Of a DNA stretch of 64,000 nucleotides, positions 57,319 to 63,463 are shown one piece after another. Each line of letters starts with the position of its first letter. The first letter of the stretch is position 1. The translations under genes and the position numbers were made by a program. The DNA comes from a virus: positions 4,685-68,684 of the IMG/VR virus record IMGVR_UViG_3300006754_000014, one strand, 5' to 3'. The notes under the pieces are model-generated. The model saw only the letters and a program-made list of their open reading frames with translations. It was not told the origin of the DNA and did not search any database.

Positions 57319-57412
57319 ATTATACCCCCCGGGCAGACCCATGGCATGAAAGAGTGTGCACTTTGCGAACTGTCCCCTAGCACCCCACAAGGGGGTTTTT
57401 TGCGTGTATAAT
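57319..57412. promoter_or_regulatory. Symmetric bidirectional early promoter around one palindromic element
   Basis: Core CACTT-TGCG-AACTG (57359-57372), with TATAAT exactly 34 nt away on each side (57319-57324 minus, 57407-57412 plus). Confidence 0.8.
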
Positions 57413-57437
57413 ACAGGGGTACACACGACAAGACTCC

Positions 57438-57674
57438 ATGAACGGTTGGGAAAACTACGAAACTTGGAACGCTTCTCTTTGGATTGGCAACGACGAGTTT
57501 TTGTACAACACCGCTAAGGCATGCGTCAAGTTTTGTCCCGAAGACGAGACCCCATACGTCAAGTTCATCAGATGCATGACGAACGGTGGAATGCCCATCA
57601 CTGGCGACGGGGTTAAGTGGGATGATCCTACTATCAACCATGATGAAATGGTTGAGATGATGGTTGAGTTATGA
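57438..57674 (+). CDS. Hypothetical acidic protein, first gene of the plus-strand operon
   Basis: MNGWENYETWNASLWIGNDEFLY; follows TATAAT; its stop overlaps the next start (ATGA). Confidence 0.8.
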   Translation: MNGWENYETWNASLWIGNDEFLYNTAKACVKFCPEDETPYVKFIRCMTNGGMPITGDGVKWDDPTINHDEMVEMMVEL

Positions 57675-57844
57675 CCAGTAAGCAACTTACCAAATTTGCT
57701 AGGTCGTTGGGTTGGGTGCTTGCCCGTCATGGTAGCAAGCACCACATTTTCAAACATGAAAATGCCATCAAACTGGTCACCATACCATATCACACCCGCG
57801 ATCGCGTAGGCAAGCAAATCAAGAGACAGTTACAGAGCGTCTAG
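57671..57844 (+). CDS. hicA: HicA/YcfA-family RNase toxin-like protein (57 aa)
   Basis: Manual translation MTSKQLTKFARSLGWVLARHGSKHHIFKHENAIKLVTIPYHTRDRVGKQIKRQLQSV shows G-W...GSxH, VTIPxH and K.I.RQL, with HicA size and basic charge. Translationally coupled to the upstream gene and followed by a terminator. Confidence 0.75.
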   Translation: MTSKQLTKFARSLGWVLARHGSKHHIFKHENAIKLVTIPYHTRDRVGKQIKRQLQSV

Positions 57845-57863
57845 ACGATCTTCGAACTGTCAC

Positions 57864-57888
57864 AAGCACCCTCGAGGGTGCTTTTTTT
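57864..57888 (+). terminator. Rho-independent terminator after the hicA-like gene
   Basis: AAGCACCC-TCGA-GGGTGCTT followed by a T run. Confidence 0.88.
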
Positions 57889-58096
57889 ATGTGAGGGTGT
57901 ATTTGTTGGTTGCAATTCTTTACACCCTCTAGGAGCATAATTTTTATGCCACAGTTCTCACCATAAGAGAAGTGCTGCAAGTTTTCCACAGCACTGCCCT
58001 ATAGCGTATATACTGATACCCTGTGGAAAACTTTTTTTCCACAGCATGGACTGCGCTAGTACATAAAAACTCTTCTCTTACCCCTCGCAATCTTAT
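57864..58096 (-). ncRNA. Candidate structured non-coding RNA (~230 nt)
   Basis: Downstream of a perfect TTGACA-17-TATAAT promoter; no credible ORF; at least five adjacent hairpins. Confidence 0.45.
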
Positions 58097-58102
58097 GAGT
58101 TA

Positions 58103-58131
58103 ATTATATACTTTTTCCACAGGATTGTCAA
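58103..58131 (-). promoter_or_regulatory. Perfect sigma70 promoter with a DnaA box in its spacer
   Basis: TTGACA-atccTGTGGAAAAagta-TATAAT (17-nt spacer). Confidence 0.8.
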
Positions 58132-58134
58132 GCG

Positions 58135-58299
58135 TTAAATGTAATAAATCTCATCAGTATTAAAGTCTTCTACTGCTACATTTACCTTGTCAAATTCTTC
58201 TAGAGATAATACTTTGTACCAGTCAATTTCTCGTGGGTTTATATCACCAATTACATCAAGATCTAGCGTAATTCTATACTTTTGTTGTGTGACGTACAT
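58135..58299 (-). CDS. Small acidic hypothetical protein (54 aa)
   Basis: MYVTQQKYRITLDLDVIGDINPREIDWYKVLSLEEFDKVNVAVEDF...; GGAGG ribosome binding site and promoter upstream. Confidence 0.7.
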   Translation of the reverse strand: MYVTQQKYRITLDLDVIGDINPREIDWYKVLSLEEFDKVNVAVEDFNTDEIYYI

Positions 58300-58325
58300 G
58301 AAAAGAACCTCCAGAAGACTTTTGT

Positions 58326-58354
58326 ATCATAGTTGTTAACAACTGTTTTGTCAA
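58326..58354 (-). promoter_or_regulatory. Sigma70 promoter for the 54-aa ORF
   Basis: TTGACA-17nt-TATGAT; the spacer overlaps the palindrome AGTTGTTAACAACT. Confidence 0.75.
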
Positions 58355-58386
58355 GTACTTATATGTTACAAAATATAATCGCGGAT

Positions 58387-58415
58387 TTGACTTATAAGGA
58401 AAGTCATGATAGAAT
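58387..58415 (+). promoter_or_regulatory. Sigma70 promoter reading into a non-coding repeat segment
   Basis: TTGACT-17nt-TAGAAT with an extended -10 TG. Confidence 0.6.
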
Positions 58416-58622
58416 GCGCGCCAAGATCACAACAACTCCAAGGATTAACACCCTATTTGAGCACTTTATCTCTGGAGGATTAACAGATCTTTTTAGTACA
58501 TTTGTTTGCCATATATTTATGCTCAAATTCCACATAATTACCCCACTTATTAACACCCCTGTGGAAAACTATACAACACGCTGTTATATTAATTAAAGCA
58601 TTAATAAATGATTTAGGTATAA

Positions 58623-58844
58623 CTACGTTTCTTTAATTTTCTTGTAAATATGTTCTACTTTGGGGCATTTTGTCTCAGCGAGTATATCTAAATTATCCAT
58701 AAATTCAAGCAATTCAGTATATAATTTGAACCCTACTTCTTGTTCATTACATTCTCTATCAGAGAGGAAATTCTTATTTCTACCGAGCGAACAATAGTAA
58801 TCATATTTCGTATGTACGTATTCACGTAGTCTCTTATCTTTCAT
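58623..58844 (-). CDS. Hypothetical protein
   Basis: 73-aa ORF ending a tightly packed operon. Confidence 0.65.
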   Translation of the reverse strand: MKDKRLREYVHTKYDYYCSLGRNKNFLSDRECNEQEVGFKLYTELLEFMDNLDILAETKCPKVEHIYKKIKET

Positions 58845-58846
58845 GA

Positions 58847-59134
58847 CTAATGTCCTCCGTAGGGGTCGTTCATTTCATCGAATGTTGAATTATCGTAAGA
58901 TTCCTGTTCAATTGGTTTATGATCTGCCATGCCTCCATGATTACCATCTTGAGGCATTTTTCCATAACAGAGATATTCTACTGTTTGAATTGATCCTTTT
59001 AACCTATCAAGATCTCTATCCAATTTCATATACTCTTGATAATCATCTTCTAATTCTTCTAGTCTATCTTCTAATTGAGTTGTTCTTTTATAAAATCTTT
59101 CAAGAAGTTGTTCATATGATTCAGTTTGTTTCAT
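58847..59134 (-). CDS. Hypothetical coiled-coil protein
   Basis: 95-aa ORF with heptad pattern; overlaps the upstream gene. Confidence 0.7.
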   Translation of the reverse strand: MKQTESYEQLLERFYKRTTQLEDRLEELEDDYQEYMKLDRDLDRLKGSIQTVEYLCYGKMPQDGNHGGMADHKPIEQESYDNSTFDEMNDPYGGH

Positions 59135-59450
59135 TTTCCTCTGTAATAGCGTTATCTAAATTAATTGCAATATGATCTGTTGATATACCTAATCCATAAG
59201 AACTATCATCAACAATGTCAAAATTTGGGTTATGTAAATCTACATCATATCCATCAATCATTTCTAGCATTGTTGATGCTTTCTTTTTATTCTTTTCATG
59301 ATATGCTACCCAATTAGCAGTTTCTTCCTTTAGATCATTATAAAAAACTGTAGCAGTACTATGTGATAGATAATCACCGATAATTTCCTTTAGTTGTTCT
59401 CTTCTAGGCAAAGAATCATTTGGATCATCATTGAAATCAAGATAATTCAC
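59121..59450 (-). CDS. Hypothetical protein
   Basis: 109-aa ORF (GTG start) preceded by a TTGACA-17-TAGACT promoter. Confidence 0.7.
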   Translation of the reverse strand: MNYLDFNDDPNDSLPRREQLKEIIGDYLSHSTATVFYNDLKEETANWVAYHEKNKKKASTMLEMIDGYDVDLHNPNFDIVDDSSYGLGISTDHIAINLDNAITEENETN

Positions 59451-59473
59451 TTTGGTTTGCGTTAACTTTAGTA

Positions 59474-59502
59474 AGTCTAATCTGTTGACGGATTATTGTC
59501 AA
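59474..59502 (-). promoter_or_regulatory. Sigma70-type promoter
   Basis: TTGACA-17nt-TAGACT. Confidence 0.65.
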
Positions 59503-59629
59503 GTTCGTGTTTTTCTTTCTTAATACGTTTCTTGACCATCTTTGCATACTTGATATCACTCTCTGTATACCAATTTGGATGTTTCTTCGCTCGTTTGATG
59601 ATCTTTTTTGCTGCTTTAATGTCCTTCAA
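59477..59629 (-). CDS. Small Lys-rich hypothetical protein (50 aa)
   Basis: TTG start; MKDIKAAKKIIKRAKKHPNWYTESDIKYAKMVKKRIKKEK... Confidence 0.6.
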   Translation of the reverse strand: MKDIKAAKKIIKRAKKHPNWYTESDIKYAKMVKKRIKKEKHELDNNPSTD

Positions 59630-60236
59630 TGTGTTCTTTTTGTTCCTTAGGCGTGTAACTGACTTTACGATTACCTGTTAGTTCTACATTAAAACTTATA
59701 CATATTCTTCTCTCATTTGAGCGATTTGGTGTTGTCGCATGTATGAGCAATGCTGGGAAAAATATTAACATCCCTTCTTCTAAGTTTGGCGTATAACTTA
59801 ATTGTCCGCCTGATACTGGATCGTGAAAGGGTGCTATAAAATTAATAGGGTCGTGTTCATATTTATCATAATTTACATAACATACTGCCACAAATCCTGT
59901 TGTGCCATGTGTATGCATTCCATGATATTGACCCTTATCCGCTATCTCATACCATGGCAATCCTTGTGTATACCATCCTTCACAACATTCACGTTTCATT
60001 AATTCATCTAATTCTGGGCGAAATAACTCAGGCAAACTTTCGTATTTGGGTGCATATGCATCCTTACTCCAGTAATTAGTGTTTATTGTCTCTGTTGTTA
60101 AATCAAATTCTACTGGTTTACATTCTTTATCACTAGGAAGTAATTCCATAATATATTTCTTTTTCTCTTCCCAATCATCTAACCTAAATTCATGAATGGG
60201 TAAAGTAAAATCAAATACTGAATAACATTTACTCAT
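59616..60236 (-). CDS. 2OG-Fe(II) oxygenase family protein (TIGR02466-like)
   Basis: HxH (HTH), ...CYV..., EEGMLIFFPALLIH...PN.S..RRICISFN. Confidence 0.8.
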   Translation of the reverse strand: MSKCYSVFDFTLPIHEFRLDDWEEKKKYIMELLPSDKECKPVEFDLTTETINTNYWSKDAYAPKYESLPELFRPELDELMKRECCEGWYTQGLPWYEIADKGQYHGMHTHGTTGFVAVCYVNYDKYEHDPINFIAPFHDPVSGGQLSYTPNLEEGMLIFFPALLIHATTPNRSNERRICISFNVELTGNRKVSYTPKEQKEHIEGH

Positions 60237-60507
60237 TAGTAATACCCATTTCTCCTAATGTTTCTGCTGGTAATTGTTCTCGCAAATCATTTAATTTAGC
60301 AAAACTTAAATATTGATCGTGAGTCAATGGGCGAGTGAATACTGATACTTCTATTGTATCATCACCAATTAATTCTTGCGCCAAATATGTCGCTAATCGC
60401 AATGTTGGAGCAATTAGAAATCCCCTAATTGGTATATCTAAATTTTCAGTCTGATAAACCCAGACTCTACCTAGTTCACATTGTTCCTCGAATGTATCAA
60501 CTCTCAT
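60229..60507 (-). CDS. Hypothetical protein
   Basis: 92-aa ORF overlapping its neighbours. Confidence 0.65.
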   Translation of the reverse strand: MRVDTFEEQCELGRVWVYQTENLDIPIRGFLIAPTLRLATYLAQELIGDDTIEVSVFTRPLTHDQYLSFAKLNDLREQLPAETLGEMGITNE

Positions 60508-60700
60508 CGACTATTTCTCCGCTTTTGATCTTTACAAATAGATATTTATCTGGTTCATCACCATCAATGACGAATTCTTCAAATAATGAATGTGCATCGC
60601 CATATTCTTCATGTTCTACTAACTCTGTTAATCTCTCAACATAATTTTGCTCAATGAGATCAATTGAATGTTGCATTTGTTCCTCTCTCATAGAAAACAT
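60497..60700 (-). CDS. Hypothetical acidic protein
   Basis: 67-aa ORF overlapping its neighbours. Confidence 0.65.
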   Translation of the reverse strand: MFSMREEQMQHSIDLIEQNYVERLTELVEHEEYGDAHSLFEEFVIDGDEPDKYLFVKIKSGEIVDES

Positions 60701-60969
60701 TTCTCCAATGGGGTTAATTCAATTTGCATAGATGAATACGCTGTAGTATTATTTACATCTATCGAATTTCCCTTCCTGGTGGAGTTAATAGGCGCAAAGT
60801 ACTTTTTGGTGTTGATATCATAGAATCCCCAGATTGTTGCCACAGTATTACCCCCGTTATACACGTAAGTGCTATGACTCCGTAACCAAATACTAAGCAC
60901 ATTAGTGCGGAATAATTGCGTTTCATAAGAGTATCCAGGCGGTGGGTCATGTGGAAAATCAGGTGGCAT
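60688..60969 (-). CDS. Hypothetical phage protein
   Basis: 93-aa ORF (PPPGYSYE...IWL...IWGFY); coupled to its neighbours. Confidence 0.75.
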   Translation of the reverse strand: MPPDFPHDPPPGYSYETQLFRTNVLSIWLRSHSTYVYNGGNTVATIWGFYDINTKKYFAPINSTRKGNSIDVNNTTAYSSMQIELTPLEKCFL

Positions 60970-61130
60970 TACTGTTGATAAACACCTTGCAAGAAAATGC
61001 GTTCAGCAGGGTAACGTTCCTCTATGAGGTCTTCTATGTAGTTACGGTCATTGGTGTCTGATTCGACTTCAAACCTGTGTGACCGTCCCTTATAGTCCTC
61101 ATAGCGTCCCCTGACAACATAATAGGTCAT
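60969..61130 (-). CDS. Small hypothetical protein (53 aa)
   Basis: MTYYVVRGRYEDYKGRSHRFEVESDTNDRNYIEDLIEERYPAERIFLQGVYQQ; TAATG and ATGA overlaps on either side. Confidence 0.7.
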   Translation of the reverse strand: MTYYVVRGRYEDYKGRSHRFEVESDTNDRNYIEDLIEERYPAERIFLQGVYQQ

Positions 61131-61300
61131 AATGCCTCAGAAATCAAGTCTCTGATGCTTTCGTCATCGAGGCAGAATTCTTCCAATAGGTAATCTACAG
61201 TGACTTCATACTTTGAGGCAACTTCCTCTAGCACACGGTCACCCAAATCCTTTTTGGACATCTCATGCTCAATGAATAGGTCTAGTGTTGAATCATGCAT
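61127..61300 (-). CDS. Small acidic hypothetical protein (57 aa)
   Basis: MHDSTLDLFIEHEMSKKDLGDRVLEEVASKYEVTVDYLLEEFCLDDESIRDLISEAL. Confidence 0.7.
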   Translation of the reverse strand: MHDSTLDLFIEHEMSKKDLGDRVLEEVASKYEVTVDYLLEEFCLDDESIRDLISEAL

Positions 61301-61316
61301 AGGGGCAAAAAGAGAG

Positions 61317-61350
61317 AAAAAAAAGGGAAGGACTATGAACCCCTTCCCTT
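61317..61350 (-). terminator. Rho-independent terminator/attenuator
   Basis: Minus strand AAGGGAAGG-loop-CCTTCCCTT followed by a T run. Confidence 0.75.
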
Positions 61351-61376
61351 GAGAATAAACAAAGTAAAGAGTATGG

Positions 61377-61700
61377 TCAACTTAGAACCATACCGGACTC
61401 AAATGGAATGATGTCTGAGAAGTCAAGACTTCTCTTATAGAACCAATTCCAGTTTTTTTGAAATACGCCTGCAGCAGGCATAATGAATTCGGCGATGATG
61501 GCATTCAAACGTGATTTGGTTGTGTTTGTTTGCCAACCACCGTCGAAAATTTGAACCTGATCGTCAATAACGGCAATCAGGTGGTTGTGAAGATAAACAA
61601 ATGCTTTGTTGTCTTCACTGATCTCAACCCTTGTGTTGTCCTTCCTCCAGTCCTGACGGGATCTGATGGCGCGGTTCATTTGGGTTTCAATCTTGCGCAT
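61377..61700 (-). CDS. Hypothetical early protein
   Basis: Start placed at MRKIETQMN (61700), just after a TATAAT; VYLH...IA, DGGWQT.TTKSRLNA motif. Confidence 0.8.
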   Translation of the reverse strand: MRKIETQMNRAIRSRQDWRKDNTRVEISEDNKAFVYLHNHLIAVIDDQVQIFDGGWQTNTTKSRLNAIIAEFIMPAAGVFQKNWNWFYKRSLDFSDIIPFESGMVLS

Positions 61701-61727
61701 GTAGGTAAAATGCGTTTGTACTCTCTT

Positions 61728-61789
61728 ATTATACTGTCTTATGACCTGCTTCGGACCGTTTGACCTCCGATCTGTAACAATACGTAACA
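61728..61789 (-). promoter_or_regulatory. Early promoter, class B (HLR1-like direct repeat upstream)
   Basis: GTTACGTA-TT-GTTACAGA; TATAAT lies 39 nt after the second GTTACA. Confidence 0.7.
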
Positions 61790-61790
61790 C

Positions 61791-61868
61791 TCATCCTAGG
61801 TGAGGAAACGCGAGCGTAAACATCAAACCTAGGAAAGTGCAACAAATTATGAAGAATATCCAACCCAT
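61791..61868 (-). CDS. 25-aa hydrophobic peptide (single transmembrane helix)
   Basis: MGWIFFIICCTFLGLMFTLAFPHLG with purine-rich AGAAGG upstream. Confidence 0.45.
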   Translation of the reverse strand: MGWIFFIICCTFLGLMFTLAFPHLG

Positions 61869-61892
61869 CTACCTTCTACCCTATATCGTGTA

Positions 61893-62027
61893 TTATTCTA
61901 CTTCGTTAACTGATCCTTCTACATATGCGTCAATGAACTCTAGGAGTTCGGCACCTGTTGTTGACTCTTCAAGGGAAACAAGAAGATCATTTAATGCAGT
62001 GGTCATGGTGAATCGGTTTAGTAACAT
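61893..62027 (-). CDS. Small acidic hypothetical protein
   Basis: MLLNRFTMTTALNDLLVSLEESTTGAELLEFIDAYVEGSVNEVE; follows the promoter at 62068-62118. Alternative start at 62006. Confidence 0.55.
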   Translation of the reverse strand: MLLNRFTMTTALNDLLVSLEESTTGAELLEFIDAYVEGSVNEVE

Positions 62028-62067
62028 GGAAAATAGAGTAGTTTAGAGTCGTGCTCAGGACTTATCT

Positions 62068-62118
62068 AATATACAGGATTTTGATCCGTTTGGGTCATTC
62101 CTGTAACAATCTGTTACC
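62068..62118 (-). promoter_or_regulatory. Early promoter, class B
   Basis: GTAACAGA-TT-GTTACAGG; TATATT lies 28 nt after GTTACA; core nearly identical to the 63270 promoter. Confidence 0.7.
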
Positions 62119-62521
62119 TTAGATAAAGATAACCGCCTGCCCAATCAGCATTGCTCAGGCATCTCTCACGGTCTTCAATAGACCGTAGATCATACCGCAC
62201 ACCCTTGGCAGGTGACTTGTAACTGGCAGGTTTATAGACCTCGCCAGTGTTCTTATCTACGAAGGCATGAACACCGCCTTCCAGTTCCTCGATCTTATAG
62301 TATTTGCGACCCTCTTCAATCGTGAACCTCTTCTGCCCTTTTCTGTCTGGAAATTGGTCATCATATGATGACTCTAGGGCATCACGTAGCATCCTAGTCC
62401 ATCGGTTCACAATAACAGATAATGGCGGAATACCCGCTGTTACTTGTGTTGTGAGATTAGGATTGATCTCGAGCAATTGTTTGTCAAGATCTTGGATGTT
62501 TTCAAGTGATGATGTAGTCAT
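62114..62521 (-). CDS. Hypothetical early protein
   Basis: 135-aa ORF with GRKYYKI...VHAFVDK.TG.VYKPAS.K.PAK.VRY...ADWAGGYLY. Confidence 0.8.
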   Translation of the reverse strand: MTTSSLENIQDLDKQLLEINPNLTTQVTAGIPPLSVIVNRWTRMLRDALESSYDDQFPDRKGQKRFTIEEGRKYYKIEELEGGVHAFVDKNTGEVYKPASYKSPAKGVRYDLRSIEDRERCLSNADWAGGYLYLR

Positions 62522-62718
62522 AAATCACCCTTCAATTCTTTTCTAGCATACTCTTGTAATTCTTCAAACCGTTTATCATCTAACATATACACATATTCAT
62601 CAATTATTTCCTCTCTAATTGAACTATCTTCCCTAACCAAATATTCAAGATCTTGGCACAATTCACGGCGTACATAAAGATCATGTACTGCTTGCGCTAC
62701 TTCTGCGGGTGTTTTCAT
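62518..62718 (-). CDS. Hypothetical protein
   Basis: 66-aa ORF with ATGA overlaps. Confidence 0.7.
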   Translation of the reverse strand: MKTPAEVAQAVHDLYVRRELCQDLEYLVREDSSIREEIIDEYVYMLDDKRFEELQEYARKELKGDL

Positions 62719-62966
62719 GAAATTTGTTCTCCTGTTTGATTTGGGTTAGCATATTGTGGTAAATCATTATTTCCAACAACTTCAAAAGATTTCTTCATAT
62801 ATTCATCAACCTGCTCGTTTTTACTGTTCTTATCCCATACTTGGCGTTCAGCAGTCTTGCCATTCTCAGTAACAATCTTAACGAAATAACCTTCCTCAAT
62901 TTGATGCGAAATGAAAGATTTTAACGGATAGTAATCAACAACTGTGGTTCCTTTTTGTAGTTTCAT
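62715..62966 (-). CDS. Hypothetical protein
   Basis: Start placed at MKLQKGTTVVDYYP; overlaps the downstream gene. Confidence 0.7.
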   Translation of the reverse strand: MKLQKGTTVVDYYPLKSFISHQIEEGYFVKIVTENGKTAERQVWDKNSKNEQVDEYMKKSFEVVGNNDLPQYANPNQTGEQIS

Positions 62967-62985
62967 TGTTGAAAAGATAAGGGAC

Positions 62986-63014
62986 AAAAAAAGAAGGGGG
63001 GGTTAATCCCCTTC
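62986..63014 (-). terminator. Rho-independent terminator/attenuator
   Basis: Minus strand GAAGGGG-ATTAACCC-CCCCTTC followed by TTTTTTT. Confidence 0.7.
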
Positions 63015-63170
63015 GAAAAGTCTTGAGATCTTACGTAGAACTGAATTGGTGTCTTCGGTAACCTCATCAGTGTCAGCGCAATAACCTTCTTGTGTTACAG
63101 CATCATAAATGGTGTCCCACTCCTTTTCAGTGAAAAACTCTTTAATCGCTGTTAGGTCCTGAACTGTCAT
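63003..63170 (-). CDS. Small acidic early protein (55 aa)
   Basis: Start placed at MTVQDLTAIKEFF; the longer ORF-track start overlaps the -10 box. Confidence 0.7.
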   Translation of the reverse strand: MTVQDLTAIKEFFTEKEWDTIYDAVTQEGYCADTDEVTEDTNSVLRKISRLFEGD

Positions 63171-63269
63171 AAAACGAAAAGTGAATTGAAAATTGGATGG
63201 GAGCGACGTGTTACCACGAAAGCGACTTGCTGGGACAACCCCTTTTGGGGACTTTCCCTCCCATGACCT

Positions 63270-63330
63270 AATATACACGGTTTTGACCCGTTTAGGTCGG
63301 TTGACCCCAGATCTGTAACAATACGTTACA
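63270..63330 (-). promoter_or_regulatory. Early promoter, class B
   Basis: GTAACGTA-TT-GTTACAGA; TATATT lies 38 nt after GTTACA. Confidence 0.7.
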
Positions 63331-63463
63331 TGGGGTCAGGTTTGAATGCTGTTGCTGGTGGTCCAGTCAGAACGGTTTCAAGGCGTGAGAGGTCGAAACG
63401 ACCCGTCTTGAATTGTCTGTAGCAGATGGACCAGTGACCTTTAAACTTGCGAATGTGGCGCAT
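63326..63463 (-). CDS. Small basic early protein (45 aa)
   Basis: MRHIRKFKGHWSICYRQFKTGRFDLSRLETVLTGPPATAFKPDPM; directly follows a promoter and leader hairpin. Confidence 0.55.
   Translation of the reverse strand: MRHIRKFKGHWSICYRQFKTGRFDLSRLETVLTGPPATAFKPDPM

Larger units (their letters stand above)
57982..58568. repeat. Cluster of cyanobacterial-type DnaA boxes (TTTTCCACA); putative origin or DnaA-binding locus
   Basis: Exact TTTTCCACA, each followed by G, at 57982(+), 58022(-), 58035(+), 58113(+) and 58560(-); AT-rich stretch at 58583-58615. Confidence 0.7.

Noticed and set aside
57081-57817. Overlapping ORF-track calls 57081-57308(+), 57181-57426(-), 57309-57641(-), 57455-57817(-)
   Set aside because: They cross promoters or oppose genes that have matching promoter and terminator support; GC-rich sequence has fewer stop codons.
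57842-57863. Degenerate copy of the class-A palindrome after hicA
   Set aside because: No -10 box 33-34 nt away on either side; at most a relic.
57960-58047. 29-aa minus-strand ORF (MLWKKSFPQG...) inside the candidate ncRNA
   Set aside because: No ribosome binding site, and the start abuts a 10-bp stem; not fully excluded.
57940-58130. CRISPR-like mini-array
   Set aside because: Repeats are only 10 nt, occur in both orientations and are irregularly spaced.
58333-58596. 87-aa plus-strand ORF
   Set aside because: TTG start, overlaps two promoters and the repeat elements, and has no protein-like features.
63197-63264. tRNA gene
   Set aside because: No T-loop (TTCRA), D-loop GG, 7-nt anticodon loop or CCA end; no tRNA recognised anywhere in the window.
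61771-63330. NtcA box interpretation of the GTA...TAC sites
   Set aside because: Spacing is GTA-N9-TAC rather than the canonical N8, and one copy lacks the TAC half; the direct-repeat reading fits all three.
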